Assembly: GCA_965247655.1 (NCBI GenBank) | Contig: OZ252032.1 | Location: forward strand, 1,861,101 to 1,925,100 | Source: Candidatus Poribacteria bacterium | GTDB taxonomy: Bacteria; Poribacteria; WGA-4E; PCPOR2b | Direction: 5' to 3' | DNA length: 64,000 nucleotides | Part shown: positions 26,789-36,674 of the stretch, piece after piece | How the letters are laid out: each line of letters starts with the position of its first letter | How positions within the stretch are numbered: position 1 is the stretch's first letter | Translations under genes and position numbers: made by a program | The notes under the pieces: model-generated | Database searches by the model: none | Seen by the model: the letters and a program-made list of their open reading frames with translations, nothing else | What the model was told of the DNA's origin: nothing

Positions 26789-28546
26789 ATGTCTATGCTG
26801 AGAAAATACGATTTAACGCCCTCTGTCCTACTGCTCCTCCTACCGATTATTTTCTTTTTCTTTGTCTTCCTGATATACCCTCTCCTGTACATTTTCAAAG
26901 AATCTTTCTGGATTAATAACCATCTGAGCATTGAGTACTTCAAGCTGATAGTTACGGATGAAAGTATCCGCAAGTTGGTCGTCAATAGCTTCAACATGGG
27001 CATTGTGGTAACGCTGACGACAACACTTATTACCCTGCCACTCGCATATTTCCTCACCCGCTACCGTTTCCCCGGCCGTAGCACCCTCCAAGGGATTATT
27101 CTGATTCCGATTATCATGCCGCCCTTCGTCGGGGCAATCGGCATGAAGCAGCTTTTCGGTTTGTACGGTAGCGTGAATATCTTTCTGAACAAGATTGGAC
27201 TTATCGATTTGGCGGCACCGATCGATTGGTTCGGTAGCGGATTTTGGGGAATTATCCTGCTGTCCACCCTGCATCTTTATCCGATAATGTATCTCAATGT
27301 CGTTGCAGTGCTGGCAAATGTAGACCCCAGCTTGGAGGAAGCAGCAGAAAACATGGGGGCATCGCGCTTCAGGCTTTTCCGGACGGTGACGCTTCCGCTC
27401 ATGCTCCCCGGATATTTCGCAGGTGCCATCCTAGTGTTCATTTGGGCGTTCACCGATTTGGGCACACCGCTGATTTTCAACTACAATGAAGTTATCGCCG
27501 TGCGAATCTTCCGCCAAGTTACCGATGCCAACGTCAACCCGATGGGGTATGCACTCGTCGTCTTGATTGTTGTACTGACTGCCCTTGCATTCTACATTTC
27601 CAAGCGTTGGACTGGCACCGGACGGTATGAGATGCTCGGACGTGGGCATGTCGGTTCACGTGAGATTCAAGCAAATCGTTGGATGTGTGCTATCATCTAT
27701 TGCTTCGTGGGAGTCATCATATCCATGGCGCTGTTGCCGCATATCAGTATTGTCTTGACCTCACTAACACCTGATGCTAGCCAGTGGCGGCTGAGTGTGC
27801 TGCCTCAGAGCTATACGCTGCAGCATTATTCGGATGTTTTTAGCCATGAAAGCAAACTGGAAGATACGCTACTCAGTATCAAGAATAGTTTATTCTACAG
27901 CGTGTTCAGCACACTGCTCGCCCTCGTCCTCGGAATTGTACTCTCATACCTTCTTACCCGTAGGCGCATCCCTTTCAAGAATCTGCTCGATGCTATTGCT
28001 ATGTTGCCTTTAGCCCTGCCGGGTGTTGCGCTCGCCTTTGGCTATGTGGGTAGTTTCGCGGATACGACGCTTTTGCTCCGTCATTTGCCCCAGTCCATCG
28101 TATCCATCTTAGATCCTCGACAAAACCCGATTTTACTGCTAATCATCAGTTACGCGGTGAGGCGTTTACCGTATATGCTCCGTTCAATTTACGCGGGCCT
28201 TCAGCAGACCAGTGTAACATTGGAAGAGGCATCACAGAATCTTGGCGCAAACCCAGCACGGACGCTGTATAAGATTACGCTGCCCCTTGTCATTGCCAAT
28301 GTCATCGCTGGCTCAATCCTTGTGTTCTCGTTCTCAATGCTGGAAGTTGCTGACAGCTTGATTCTTGCTATGCGAGACCAGTATAATCCGATCACCAAAG
28401 CGATTTGGAACCTGTCACAACGCCCGGTTGGTGGGGCGTATATTGCTTGTGCGTTGGGTGTGGTGGGAATGTTTATTCTGATAGCGTGCTTAGTTTCTGC
28501 GGGCCGTATCCTAGGGGGACGTTTGGGTGAGATTTTCAAGATTTGA
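26789..28546 (+). CDS. ABC transporter permease, fused two-domain (FbpB/ThiP iron(III)/thiamine family-like)
   Basis: ~585 aa, 12 predicted TM, two EAA-like loops (EEAAENMGASRFRLFRTVTLP; EEASQNLGANPARTLYKITLP); no adjacent SBP/ATPase. Confidence 0.75.
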   Translation: MSMLRKYDLTPSVLLLLLPIIFFFFVFLIYPLLYIFKESFWINNHLSIEYFKLIVTDESIRKLVVNSFNMGIVVTLTTTLITLPLAYFLTRYRFPGRSTLQGIILIPIIMPPFVGAIGMKQLFGLYGSVNIFLNKIGLIDLAAPIDWFGSGFWGIILLSTLHLYPIMYLNVVAVLANVDPSLEEAAENMGASRFRLFRTVTLPLMLPGYFAGAILVFIWAFTDLGTPLIFNYNEVIAVRIFRQVTDANVNPMGYALVVLIVVLTALAFYISKRWTGTGRYEMLGRGHVGSREIQANRWMCAIIYCFVGVIISMALLPHISIVLTSLTPDASQWRLSVLPQSYTLQHYSDVFSHESKLEDTLLSIKNSLFYSVFSTLLALVLGIVLSYLLTRRRIPFKNLLDAIAMLPLALPGVALAFGYVGSFADTTLLLRHLPQSIVSILDPRQNPILLLIISYAVRRLPYMLRSIYAGLQQTSVTLEEASQNLGANPARTLYKITLPLVIANVIAGSILVFSFSMLEVADSLILAMRDQYNPITKAIWNLSQRPVGGAYIACALGVVGMFILIACLVSAGRILGGRLGEIFKI

Positions 28547-28606
28547 TGCGTATGCGCGTGAAACGTAATGGGTCAAATGTGAGAAAAGGGGTTATTTCTT
28601 TACCTC

Positions 28607-30370
28607 TTACAGGCTCGGTTCAACATACAATGTCTTTTCATGGGTGTAAGTCACGAAGCCTGAAGCGGTTCCCTTGGGTTTGACGACATACCGAAACCAC
28701 GTATAGTCAACCGGGACATAGCTGGCATGTTGTGCTTTACTGAAGAGCGCTGCAATCTGGGCGGCTTTTAGCAGCGTTGGCATTGGAATACCCGGCTTGT
28801 TTTCAGGATTGCGAATGACAACATGTGAACCGTGAATCTGCTTTGCGTGTAACCACATATCCCGGCTTGAAGCAATCCGGCGAAGGAGTAGGTCATTTTC
28901 CTTGCTATTGCGCCCCACATAAATCTGAAAACCATCGGGCGATGTATATTTCCGAAATGCACCAGCGGATTCGCTCTGCTTGGACTGACGCTTGGTGTCT
29001 TTTATCCAACCTTTTTTTACAAACTCAGACTGAATTGCTCGAAGTTCCTTTAACCCCTTCGCCGCCTCAACCTCCGACACATAAGCATTTAATACCTCCT
29101 GCTCCGCCTCATTATCAGCAATCAACCGATGGATAACCGAAACCCCGCGTTTTGCTTTGGTGTACCTCTTGAAGTATTGTTGGGCGTTATCTGAGGGATT
29201 GAGTTGCGGATTAAGTTCGATCGATAATGCACTTAAATCTGGGCTGTAGTAGTTCTGTACCTCGATAACCGCCTGTCCTCGCTCGACTTGGTGCAAATTC
29301 GCAGTGAGGAGTTCTCCTCTGATCCGATAGTCTTCAGCCTGTTCGGCATTTGCCAAATCTTGTCGTAGTGACACCTGTTTTCGCTCCAGTGCCGCACTCA
29401 TCTTGTCCAAAACCTGACGCAAGACATTCCGCTCAGATTGCATTGTCTCATCGCGAATAACTGCGTCGTAGTAGGCAGATAGGGCTTCGCTCATCGTTTC
29501 AAAAAATCGGCTCTCGGTGTTTGGGAATTGAGCCAGTTTTAACGCAGATACAGCGACAACTTTATCTTTGTCCTCCAAGTAAGTGTGGTCGTTCGCGCTC
29601 TTCTCCGATTGGGACTGTTTGGGCGAATCGTCTGATTCGATAAGCACTTGGGGGCTGCTGCGAGAGGTCTGGAAATACGCCATAACCTGCTGATATGCCT
29701 CCCACAGGTTCGCTGAAGCGGACTGATCACCGGCGCGGGCGATAATCTCCTTAGCGAGCGTTGGGCTCAAGCCATCAATCTGATTGAAGAGGAATCGCCA
29801 ACTAACCTCCCGATTTTCAACGAGCGAAACAAAGGTCTCTTGATCTAATTTAAGTGGATGCCATTTATCCTGCTGCGGTGGCGGAGTATAGGGCAGACCG
29901 GGTAATACTTCACGATAGCGGCTCATCGTTTCGTCAATATGTTTGATGCTTTCGAGGATATTGCCGCTCGCTTCATCAACAAGGATGATATTGCCGTGCT
30001 TGCCCATAAATTCCGCGATAATCGATTTAGGTGACGTTTCGAGGATATCAGATGTAGGTTCGATAGTGAGTTTTAGGACTCGATCCAAGCCAACCTGTTC
30101 TACCGCTGTGATCTGACCACGCATAACGTGCTTTATCAGGAAGTCCGCAAAGTGGGACCTAGACTGTCCTTTCGGCGGGCGTTCAATCAGATGTGCACGG
30201 GCATGAATAGAGTGGGTTGAAATCAGCAAAAAGTGAGTCTGGGTTGACTGAGTGATTTTCAGTACAATGCTGTGAGAGTTCAACTGTTCAATATGGCGAA
30301 TGGTCCCATTCAGGATTGTATGACGGAGTTCATCCGTTACAAAATGTAAAGATAGACTATCGAATGACAT
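28607..30370 (-). CDS. Rqc2/RqcH-like NFACT-family protein (fibronectin-binding protein A homologue, ribosome quality control)
   Basis: 587 aa; NFACT-N, central coiled coil, C-terminal NFACT-R/DUF814 (GFQIYVGRNSKENDLLL ... HGSHVVI). Confidence 0.8.
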   Translation of the reverse strand: MSFDSLSLHFVTDELRHTILNGTIRHIEQLNSHSIVLKITQSTQTHFLLISTHSIHARAHLIERPPKGQSRSHFADFLIKHVMRGQITAVEQVGLDRVLKLTIEPTSDILETSPKSIIAEFMGKHGNIILVDEASGNILESIKHIDETMSRYREVLPGLPYTPPPQQDKWHPLKLDQETFVSLVENREVSWRFLFNQIDGLSPTLAKEIIARAGDQSASANLWEAYQQVMAYFQTSRSSPQVLIESDDSPKQSQSEKSANDHTYLEDKDKVVAVSALKLAQFPNTESRFFETMSEALSAYYDAVIRDETMQSERNVLRQVLDKMSAALERKQVSLRQDLANAEQAEDYRIRGELLTANLHQVERGQAVIEVQNYYSPDLSALSIELNPQLNPSDNAQQYFKRYTKAKRGVSVIHRLIADNEAEQEVLNAYVSEVEAAKGLKELRAIQSEFVKKGWIKDTKRQSKQSESAGAFRKYTSPDGFQIYVGRNSKENDLLLRRIASSRDMWLHAKQIHGSHVVIRNPENKPGIPMPTLLKAAQIAALFSKAQHASYVPVDYTWFRYVVKPKGTASGFVTYTHEKTLYVEPSL

Positions 30371-30566
30371 GAGGCAGACCTCGTGGAAGTGATGTATCGT
30401 GAATTCTCGCGCCTGCAGCAGTATCGCGTTTCTCAGCGTATCGCTCGGCGAAACGGTTGCTCATTATACCATAATTCCATAGAGAACGGCACGAAAAATC
30501 GATCTACCATGCTTCTGAGTTGATGGCTTGACTTGTAGGGGCATCTCACTGTTTCCGTTGGTAGCA

Positions 30567-30595
30567 TTGACAGCCACCTACAATTGTGTTAGAAT
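30567..30595 (+). promoter_or_regulatory. consensus sigma70-type promoter (TTGACA-17 bp-TAGAAT) upstream of aapJ
   Basis: TTGACA at 30567..30572, 17-bp spacer, TAGAAT at 30590..30595; ~95 bp upstream of the start. Confidence 0.5.
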
Positions 30596-30688
30596 TTTTG
30601 TTGAAGCCAAGCTATTTCAGGCTTTCTGAGTTTCTGACAATAGGGGTTTTCAGTTCGTCCTTATTCTAAAGTAAAAAGGAGAATTTTA

Positions 30689-31705
30689 ATGCGTAGATTT
30701 TGGTTTAGCACTTTAGTACTCGTTCTAGCTATTTCACTGATAGTGCCACCATTTGTAGGCGCGCAGGACAGTGTATTGGACAAAGTAAAAAACAGGGGAA
30801 GGCTCGTTTGCGGGGTATACGGCGGCTTGCCCGGTTTCAGTTTTCTCAGCCAAGATGGTAAGTGGAGTGGCTTTGACGTGGATTATTGTCGGGCAATCGC
30901 TGCAGCTATTCTCGGTGATCCAGATAAGGTTGAGTTCGTGCCGTTAAAGGCACCAGAACGTTTCTCCGCGCTCCAGACAGGGGAGATAGATGTCTTAATC
31001 CGAAACACTACTTGGACGCTTACCCGCGACACGCAAGTGGGGGCTGACTTCGCCCCACCTACCTTTTACGATGGGCAGGGATTCATGGTGCATAAAAAGT
31101 CCGGCATCACCTCCTTAGAGGAGTTGGCTGGAGCAAGTGTCTGTGTCACCGCTGGTAGCACGACTGAGCTAAATCTAGCGGATACGATGCGGGCTTTAGG
31201 GGTAGATTTTAACCCCGTGGTATTTGAGGAAATTGATACCCTTTACAATAGTTATGAACAGGGGCGTTGTGATGTTGTTACAAGTGATAAATCGCAGCTA
31301 GCCGCTCGTCGCAAAGTCTTTAAGGATCCGGACGCCCACGTTATCCTTGATGTAACCATCTCGAAGGAACCGTTGGGACCTGTCACCATCCACGGTGACA
31401 ACAAATGGAACGATGCCGTTAGCTGGGTTGTTTATGCCACATTCTTCGCCGAGGAGCACGGAATTACCCAATCGAATGTCAGCACTTATAAATCCAAAAA
31501 TCCAGAGATCGGACGTTTCTTGGGCAAGACTGGAGATATGGGCGGGAAACTCGGTCTGTCGAAGGATTGGGCGCATCAGGTTATCGCTGCTGTCGGCAAC
31601 TATGGTGAAATTTTTGAACGTAACCTCGCTCCTATTCGTCTGCCGCGCGGTGTCAACAAGCCTTGGACTCAAGGGGGTCTGCTGTACGCGATGCCGTTTC
31701 GTTAA
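30689..31705 (+). CDS. aapJ: general L-amino acid ABC transporter substrate-binding protein
   Basis: 338 aa with signal peptide; AapJ/BztA-like SBP; cognate permeases/ATPase lie 3.7 kb downstream. Confidence 0.8.
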   Translation: MRRFWFSTLVLVLAISLIVPPFVGAQDSVLDKVKNRGRLVCGVYGGLPGFSFLSQDGKWSGFDVDYCRAIAAAILGDPDKVEFVPLKAPERFSALQTGEIDVLIRNTTWTLTRDTQVGADFAPPTFYDGQGFMVHKKSGITSLEELAGASVCVTAGSTTELNLADTMRALGVDFNPVVFEEIDTLYNSYEQGRCDVVTSDKSQLAARRKVFKDPDAHVILDVTISKEPLGPVTIHGDNKWNDAVSWVVYATFFAEEHGITQSNVSTYKSKNPEIGRFLGKTGDMGGKLGLSKDWAHQVIAAVGNYGEIFERNLAPIRLPRGVNKPWTQGGLLYAMPFR

Positions 31706-31965
31706 TAGGTTTCGCAAACGCAGCACTATGACATCTATCGACAAGGTAAAAGGAATACCTTATGATACTTGAGGGGTGCTAATAATTATTGTCTGAATCA
31801 GGATTGTCAGGATTTAAGGATTTTCAGGATGAGATGACTCAAATTGACACCGATGAGCATTTGAGGCGAGGGCATCATTATTGATCCGATGCCGCATCGC
31901 GAGGCAAAGCAAGCTGAATCACCTATTAAACAGATGACACGCAAAACCCGGACGCTCATTTAACA

Positions 31966-32065
31966 AATCGTGCAAAGAAACCGAGTTTTGAAGTCCGAGA
32001 GGATCCGTGACCGGGGAAAAACTCGATTTCTCTGAGTTGTACTACACTTTCTTTTAACATGAGCG
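31966..32065 (+). repeat. structured intergenic repeat, copy C (5' of R-M module)
   Basis: GTGCAAAGAAACCGAGTTTTgaaGTCCgagaGGATCCGtgacCGGGGaaAAACTCGATTTC ... TTTCTTTTAACATGAGCG; near-identical to copy B. Confidence 0.65.
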
Positions 32066-32507
32066 AACCTATTTATGGGCACCCCTCATTTAGATAAGAA
32101 CGGTATCTGAAATTGTAGGAGATGCCTCCTAGTATCAATGTTCGGCAATACCTAAAAGCATGAAAAATCAACGACAAATTCTAAAAGAGAGAGACAGGGT
32201 GCCGCAAGCTATCCAAATGACGGTCGAACTCTTTTCGGGCATCGGTGGATTCCGCATCGCTGCTGAAAGGCACGGTATTCAGACGTTGTGGGCAAATGAT
32301 ATTTGTCCGAGAGCATGTCAAGTATACCGTAGTCAATTTGGAGACGCTGAAATTCGCCAAGGCGATATTCGAGCATTCGTGCATGAGATTCCTTCGCACG
32401 ATTTACTTACAGCCGGTTTTCCTTGTCAACCATTCAGTAGTGCGGGGAAAAAAAAGGGGCTTCGCGACCCTCGTGGGCATCTTTTCGCTGTTATTGTTGA
32501 TATTTTA

Positions 32508-33555
32508 GGGCCTTATGCTAGTTAGCTTCCCTTTTTTTTAGTTCCGATAAAAAAAGGGAAGCTAAAAAGTCCTCCAGTCTGTTACTATAGATGAACTTGA
32601 CAATCCATCTAAAACTGGAGGATAACCTTATGATAACCGATTTTGATGACCTCTGTCTATGGACTTATGTCATTGTTGATGACATTCTGATAAAACTCGA
32701 ACCATTACTCCGACGCCCAGGCCCCCCTCCCCCATGTAGCGATAGTGAGTTAATCACTATGATATTGGTTGCCGAATGTAAGGGGTGGGACATCGAAACA
32801 CAACTGCTATCCGACTTTAGCCAGCACCCCCATCTGTTCCCTATACTGCCTTGTCAGACCCGACTCAACCGGCGAAGACGCAATTTGGGGACAATCATCA
32901 ATCGGATTCGACAGATGCTCTTGTCAGACATTGAAGCGGCATCGGAGAAACTGTGTATTATTGATAGTTTGCCGATTCCAGTCATTCAGTTTCATCTGGC
33001 ACCTTCGTCATCAAATAATTGGTCATGCTATGGTGCCGATTATGGGCGGGTGGAATCGAGGAAACAGACCATTTTCGGCTATAAACTTCATCTGTTAGTC
33101 ACCGCAAGTGGGGTGATTGTTGATTTTGAACTTGCCCCGGCTTCTGCAACCGATTTATCGGTTGGTTACGAATTGCTCTCTGGACACCAAGATAAGCAAG
33201 TGATAGGGGATAAAGCCTATATTAGCAACCAAGTCAAAGACCAATTAGCTCAACTCAACCGTATCGATCTGATAACGGTCCCCCGACGCAACCAGAAACA
33301 GCAGATTTCCAGACAAACCAAGCGGTGGATTAACGAAATTAGGCAGAGGGTTGAAACGGTTAATGGTCAATTGAGTGAACAATTTCATATACAAAAGAAT
33401 CATGCGCATAGTTTCTGGGGGGTATGCACTCGGTTATACTCCAAACTCACCGCTCATACGCTATGCGTTTATCTCAATCAGCTATGCAAAAAAGAGGCGT
33501 TTTTACAGATTAAAGAGTTGGCGTTTCCAGTTCATTAGTAACTAGCATAAGGCCC
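32508..33555 (+). mobile_element. IS982-family insertion sequence (1048 bp) with perfect 17-bp terminal inverted repeats and 6-bp target-site duplication
   Basis: IRL GGGCCTTATGCTAGTTA 32508..32524, IRR TAACTAGCATAAGGCCC 33539..33555; TSD ATTTTA at 32502..32507 and 33556..33561; perfect 14-bp hairpin GCTTCCCTTTTTTT/AAAAAAAGGGAAGC just inside IRL (32525..32562). Confidence 0.85.
32630..33538 (+). CDS. IS982-family DDE transposase
   Basis: ~302 aa from the Met after a GGAGG RBS; motifs IIDSLPIPV, GYKLHLL, VIGDKAY resemble IS982 DDE_Tnp_1 transposases. Confidence 0.7.
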   Translation: MITDFDDLCLWTYVIVDDILIKLEPLLRRPGPPPPCSDSELITMILVAECKGWDIETQLLSDFSQHPHLFPILPCQTRLNRRRRNLGTIINRIRQMLLSDIEAASEKLCIIDSLPIPVIQFHLAPSSSNNWSCYGADYGRVESRKQTIFGYKLHLLVTASGVIVDFELAPASATDLSVGYELLSGHQDKQVIGDKAYISNQVKDQLAQLNRIDLITVPRRNQKQQISRQTKRWINEIRQRVETVNGQLSEQFHIQKNHAHSFWGVCTRLYSKLTAHTLCVYLNQLCKKEAFLQIKELAFPVH

Positions 33556-34405
33556 ATTTTAAGAAGGCATCGCCCACGTTATTTTATTTTGGAAAATGTG
33601 AAACGCTTGCTTCCAATGGAACAAGGGGATCATTTCGCCACAATGCTTGCCGCTTTGACAGCACTTGATTATCAGGTGGAATGGCGTTTAATCAATACGA
33701 TGCACTTTGGCTTACCGCAAAATCGTCAACGTGTGCTTATATTAGGCTCTTTGGGTATGACAGATGATTGCCCCGTTGTTAGACTTGCCTCATCAGAAGA
33801 TCTTTGTAGGATATTAGAAAGAAACTTTCCAATAATCAGGACTGTATCAAGCTGGACTGAGATTGAAAGACATAGTAAGAAATTTCCCAATTGGGGACTG
33901 GCTTGGAACGGACGCTTCTTTGCGGATAATATGGAATACTTCTCTGAAGCAAAGCCAATTGTACCCTTACGGCGGGTACTACAATCTACGGTTGACCCAA
34001 TTTTTGACTTCACCGAGAATACTTTGCAACGCTTAAAAGACAGCAAGCAAACTGATAAATTTGTTGAAGGTGTTCAAATTCTTTATAATCAAAATGGTGG
34101 TGCTCGCATGGGCTACACCGTGTTCGGTATTGACGGAGTTGCACCAACACTCACGTCTACAGCTAGCCGCCACTATGAACGTTACAAAGTGGGCAATTGC
34201 TATCGACGTTTGACAAATGTAGAATACGCTCGAATACAAGGATTTCCAGATCAGCACTGTTCAGCGGTTTCCATTTACAATCAATACTCTTTATATGGTA
34301 ACGCGATTCCACCTATATTTGGGAGTTGGCTCATTCATAAGATTTTACGGAATCATGTAACGACATTAAAAGAACCGAAGCAACAACAACTTCATCTTTT
34401 TCTCA

Positions 34406-35398
34406 ATGAGTCATCAAATTATGCCTACTAAGACTGAACTGCGCGGAGTACTTCATACACGGCTAGAACAAACTATGTCAGCGTTAAATCGCGCACTTCA
34501 AGAGATAAATCTTGAACGTCTTGAACCCGTTCTTTCACGTATCGGACGTGGGCGAACCTTGCCTCACTGGTACAAACAACTTTTTGAGTCGCAAGCTCTT
34601 CCCAACCTTGATGGTAAAACAGTTGGTAGCGTTGTTGAAATGCTTTTTGTCGCTGTTCTTGAAACCGTGACTTTTCAGGATATTGAAATACCGCCGCTCC
34701 ATATTAATCCTGCGCGAGGCGTTGATTTGCCGGATATTGACTTGAATATAAAGTCTCCCTCTCAAAACTACTGTACCAGTGAACCTTTTTTTTCAGCATA
34801 TGAGAGACTACTCGGTAGTGAATATGATGCCCTTATCATGCTAACTGATTATCAAACGCGCAAAACAAACCCGCCTTTGAAACTTCAGGTAATCAGGTGG
34901 CAATATCTCTTCAATACGCAATTGGCAGACTTTGCTCTGACTGCAATTGCCCGGAAACACCGCGATTGGTTGCTTAAACGGAGCGAGCCTTGGACACAAA
35001 AGATTTTTCGATTTTTGGCTTATGTCAATCAGAGCCATTGGCAAGCAGGGCATTCACTTCGTATCATTGACGCGATGCAAAACAGAGATGCAACACAACG
35101 TTTGGTGATTGCAGCGGAAAATGACTTTAGAGCAAAGAATATCCAACGCTTACACGCCGATAAAGAGGCAATACCTGATCATCAGCTAGAAAGTTTACTT
35201 TCTATAGCTGAGACTCAACCTCTAATTTTGGGAATTGTTGATGCAGCAGATAACTGGGTTGTGGAAAATTATAAAGATGTCGCTCGCCTTCCAAACGAAA
35301 ACGAATGGACGCGATTGCTTGCTAGTTCCCTAGATGGACAGATTGGAATGAGTTTTGCACTTCAATGGAGATACAATTTTGGACGGATATTTAGGTAA
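34406..35398 (+). CDS. putative type II restriction endonuclease (cognate of disrupted C5-MTase); no recognisable family
   Basis: 330-aa ORF overlapping the MTase stop by 26 bp; function inferred from position only. Confidence 0.4.
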   Translation: MSHQIMPTKTELRGVLHTRLEQTMSALNRALQEINLERLEPVLSRIGRGRTLPHWYKQLFESQALPNLDGKTVGSVVEMLFVAVLETVTFQDIEIPPLHINPARGVDLPDIDLNIKSPSQNYCTSEPFFSAYERLLGSEYDALIMLTDYQTRKTNPPLKLQVIRWQYLFNTQLADFALTAIARKHRDWLLKRSEPWTQKIFRFLAYVNQSHWQAGHSLRIIDAMQNRDATQRLVIAAENDFRAKNIQRLHADKEAIPDHQLESLLSIAETQPLILGIVDAADNWVVENYKDVARLPNENEWTRLLASSLDGQIGMSFALQWRYNFGRIFR

Positions 35399-35474
35399 TC
35401 AGCCGGCAAATATAGAAAATCAATGATGAACAACATAAAATATAAAAGCACAATCGCTCAAGCCGTACAACACT

Positions 35475-36659
35475 ATGGAAAACAGCTCACCTAAAAGTGT
35501 ATCAGAGAAAATCCCTTTCTGGCGGGATATTCGGGTCCTGCGCGTGCTGTTTCAGGTCATCTTCCTTATTGGCGTCCTCCTGTTGGCTGGTATCCTCTAC
35601 ACGAATATGTTGAGGGGACTCCGTGGTCTCGGCTTGACCTTAAATCTCGATTTTCTTGATGACGAAGCTGGCTTTGGAATATCTGAGGGGATTGCTTACG
35701 AGCCTTCGGATACCTATCTAAGAGCGTTTTGGGTGGGCGTGGTAAACACCATCAGGGTTAGTATTATAGGAATTGCATGCGCCACAATCTTAGGACTTGT
35801 TGTCGGCATCGCTCGGCTATCAAGCAACTGGTTGGTCAGACATATCGCAGCTATTTACGTCGAATGTTTTCGTAATATCCCGCTCTTGCTGCAGATTCTG
35901 TTTTGGTATACCGCTGTAATCCTTCAACTTCCCTCGGTACGGAAGAGTTTCACATTCTTAGGAGGCGTGTTTATTAACCAACGCGGGGTATATCTTCCCT
36001 CACCTCAACCCACATCGGGCGCGAAGATTTGGCTTGGTTGTCTCGCCGGAGGGTTCATTTTAGCACTGATTCTCTATTTTGTGCGGTTGAGGAAACTTCG
36101 ACAGATGGAACAGCCCGGCTTTCCTGCAAAGTGGGCTCTGCCAGCGTTTCTGTTGGTTGCCTTTGTGGGATGGTTTCTGACGCCGGGTAGACCATTTACT
36201 TTCGAGCTACCGGCTTTGAAGGGATTCAACTTCGCTGGAGGGATATACCTTTCACCCGAATTCTCCGCCCTTTTAATTGGACTTGTTATTTATACCGGGG
36301 CTTTCATCGCCGAAGTGGTGAGAAGTGGGATACAATCCGTGGCGAAGGGACAACGAGAGGCTGCTAAAGCGATAGGTCTCAGTGAATTTCAAACACTACG
36401 ATTAATTATCCTACCTCAAGCTTTGCGCGTGATCGCACCTCCACTCACCAGCCAGTATTTGAACCTCACCAAAAATTCTAGTTTAGCTGTTGCGATCGGC
36501 TTCCCAGATCTATTTAACGTCGGTAATACGATGATGAATCAAACCGGACAATCCATCCCAATTTTTGGGATGATCATGATGAGCTATCTGATTATCAGCT
36601 TGACGACATCGGCGTACATGAATTGGTACAACTACAGAATTAACCGAATCGGACGATGA
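35475..36659 (+). CDS. aapQ: general L-amino acid ABC transporter permease
   Basis: 394 aa, multi-TM, EAA-type loop (EAAKAIGLSEFQTLRLIILPQAL). Confidence 0.8.
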   Translation: MENSSPKSVSEKIPFWRDIRVLRVLFQVIFLIGVLLLAGILYTNMLRGLRGLGLTLNLDFLDDEAGFGISEGIAYEPSDTYLRAFWVGVVNTIRVSIIGIACATILGLVVGIARLSSNWLVRHIAAIYVECFRNIPLLLQILFWYTAVILQLPSVRKSFTFLGGVFINQRGVYLPSPQPTSGAKIWLGCLAGGFILALILYFVRLRKLRQMEQPGFPAKWALPAFLLVAFVGWFLTPGRPFTFELPALKGFNFAGGIYLSPEFSALLIGLVIYTGAFIAEVVRSGIQSVAKGQREAAKAIGLSEFQTLRLIILPQALRVIAPPLTSQYLNLTKNSSLAVAIGFPDLFNVGNTMMNQTGQSIPIFGMIMMSYLIISLTTSAYMNWYNYRINRIGR

Positions 36660-36674
36660 GAGGAAAAGAAGCGC

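Larger units (their letters stand above)
32160..34431 (+). pseudogene. DNA (cytosine-5)-methyltransferase gene interrupted by an IS982-family insertion (fragments 32160..32507 and 33556..34431)
   Basis: N-fragment has motif I (FSGIGG) and motif IV (GFPCQPFS); C-fragment has ENV (ENVKRLL), QNRQR and GNAIPP. Deleting the IS plus one ATTTTA copy rejoins them in frame as ...HLFAVIVDILRRHRPRYFILENVKRLL... Confidence 0.85.
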
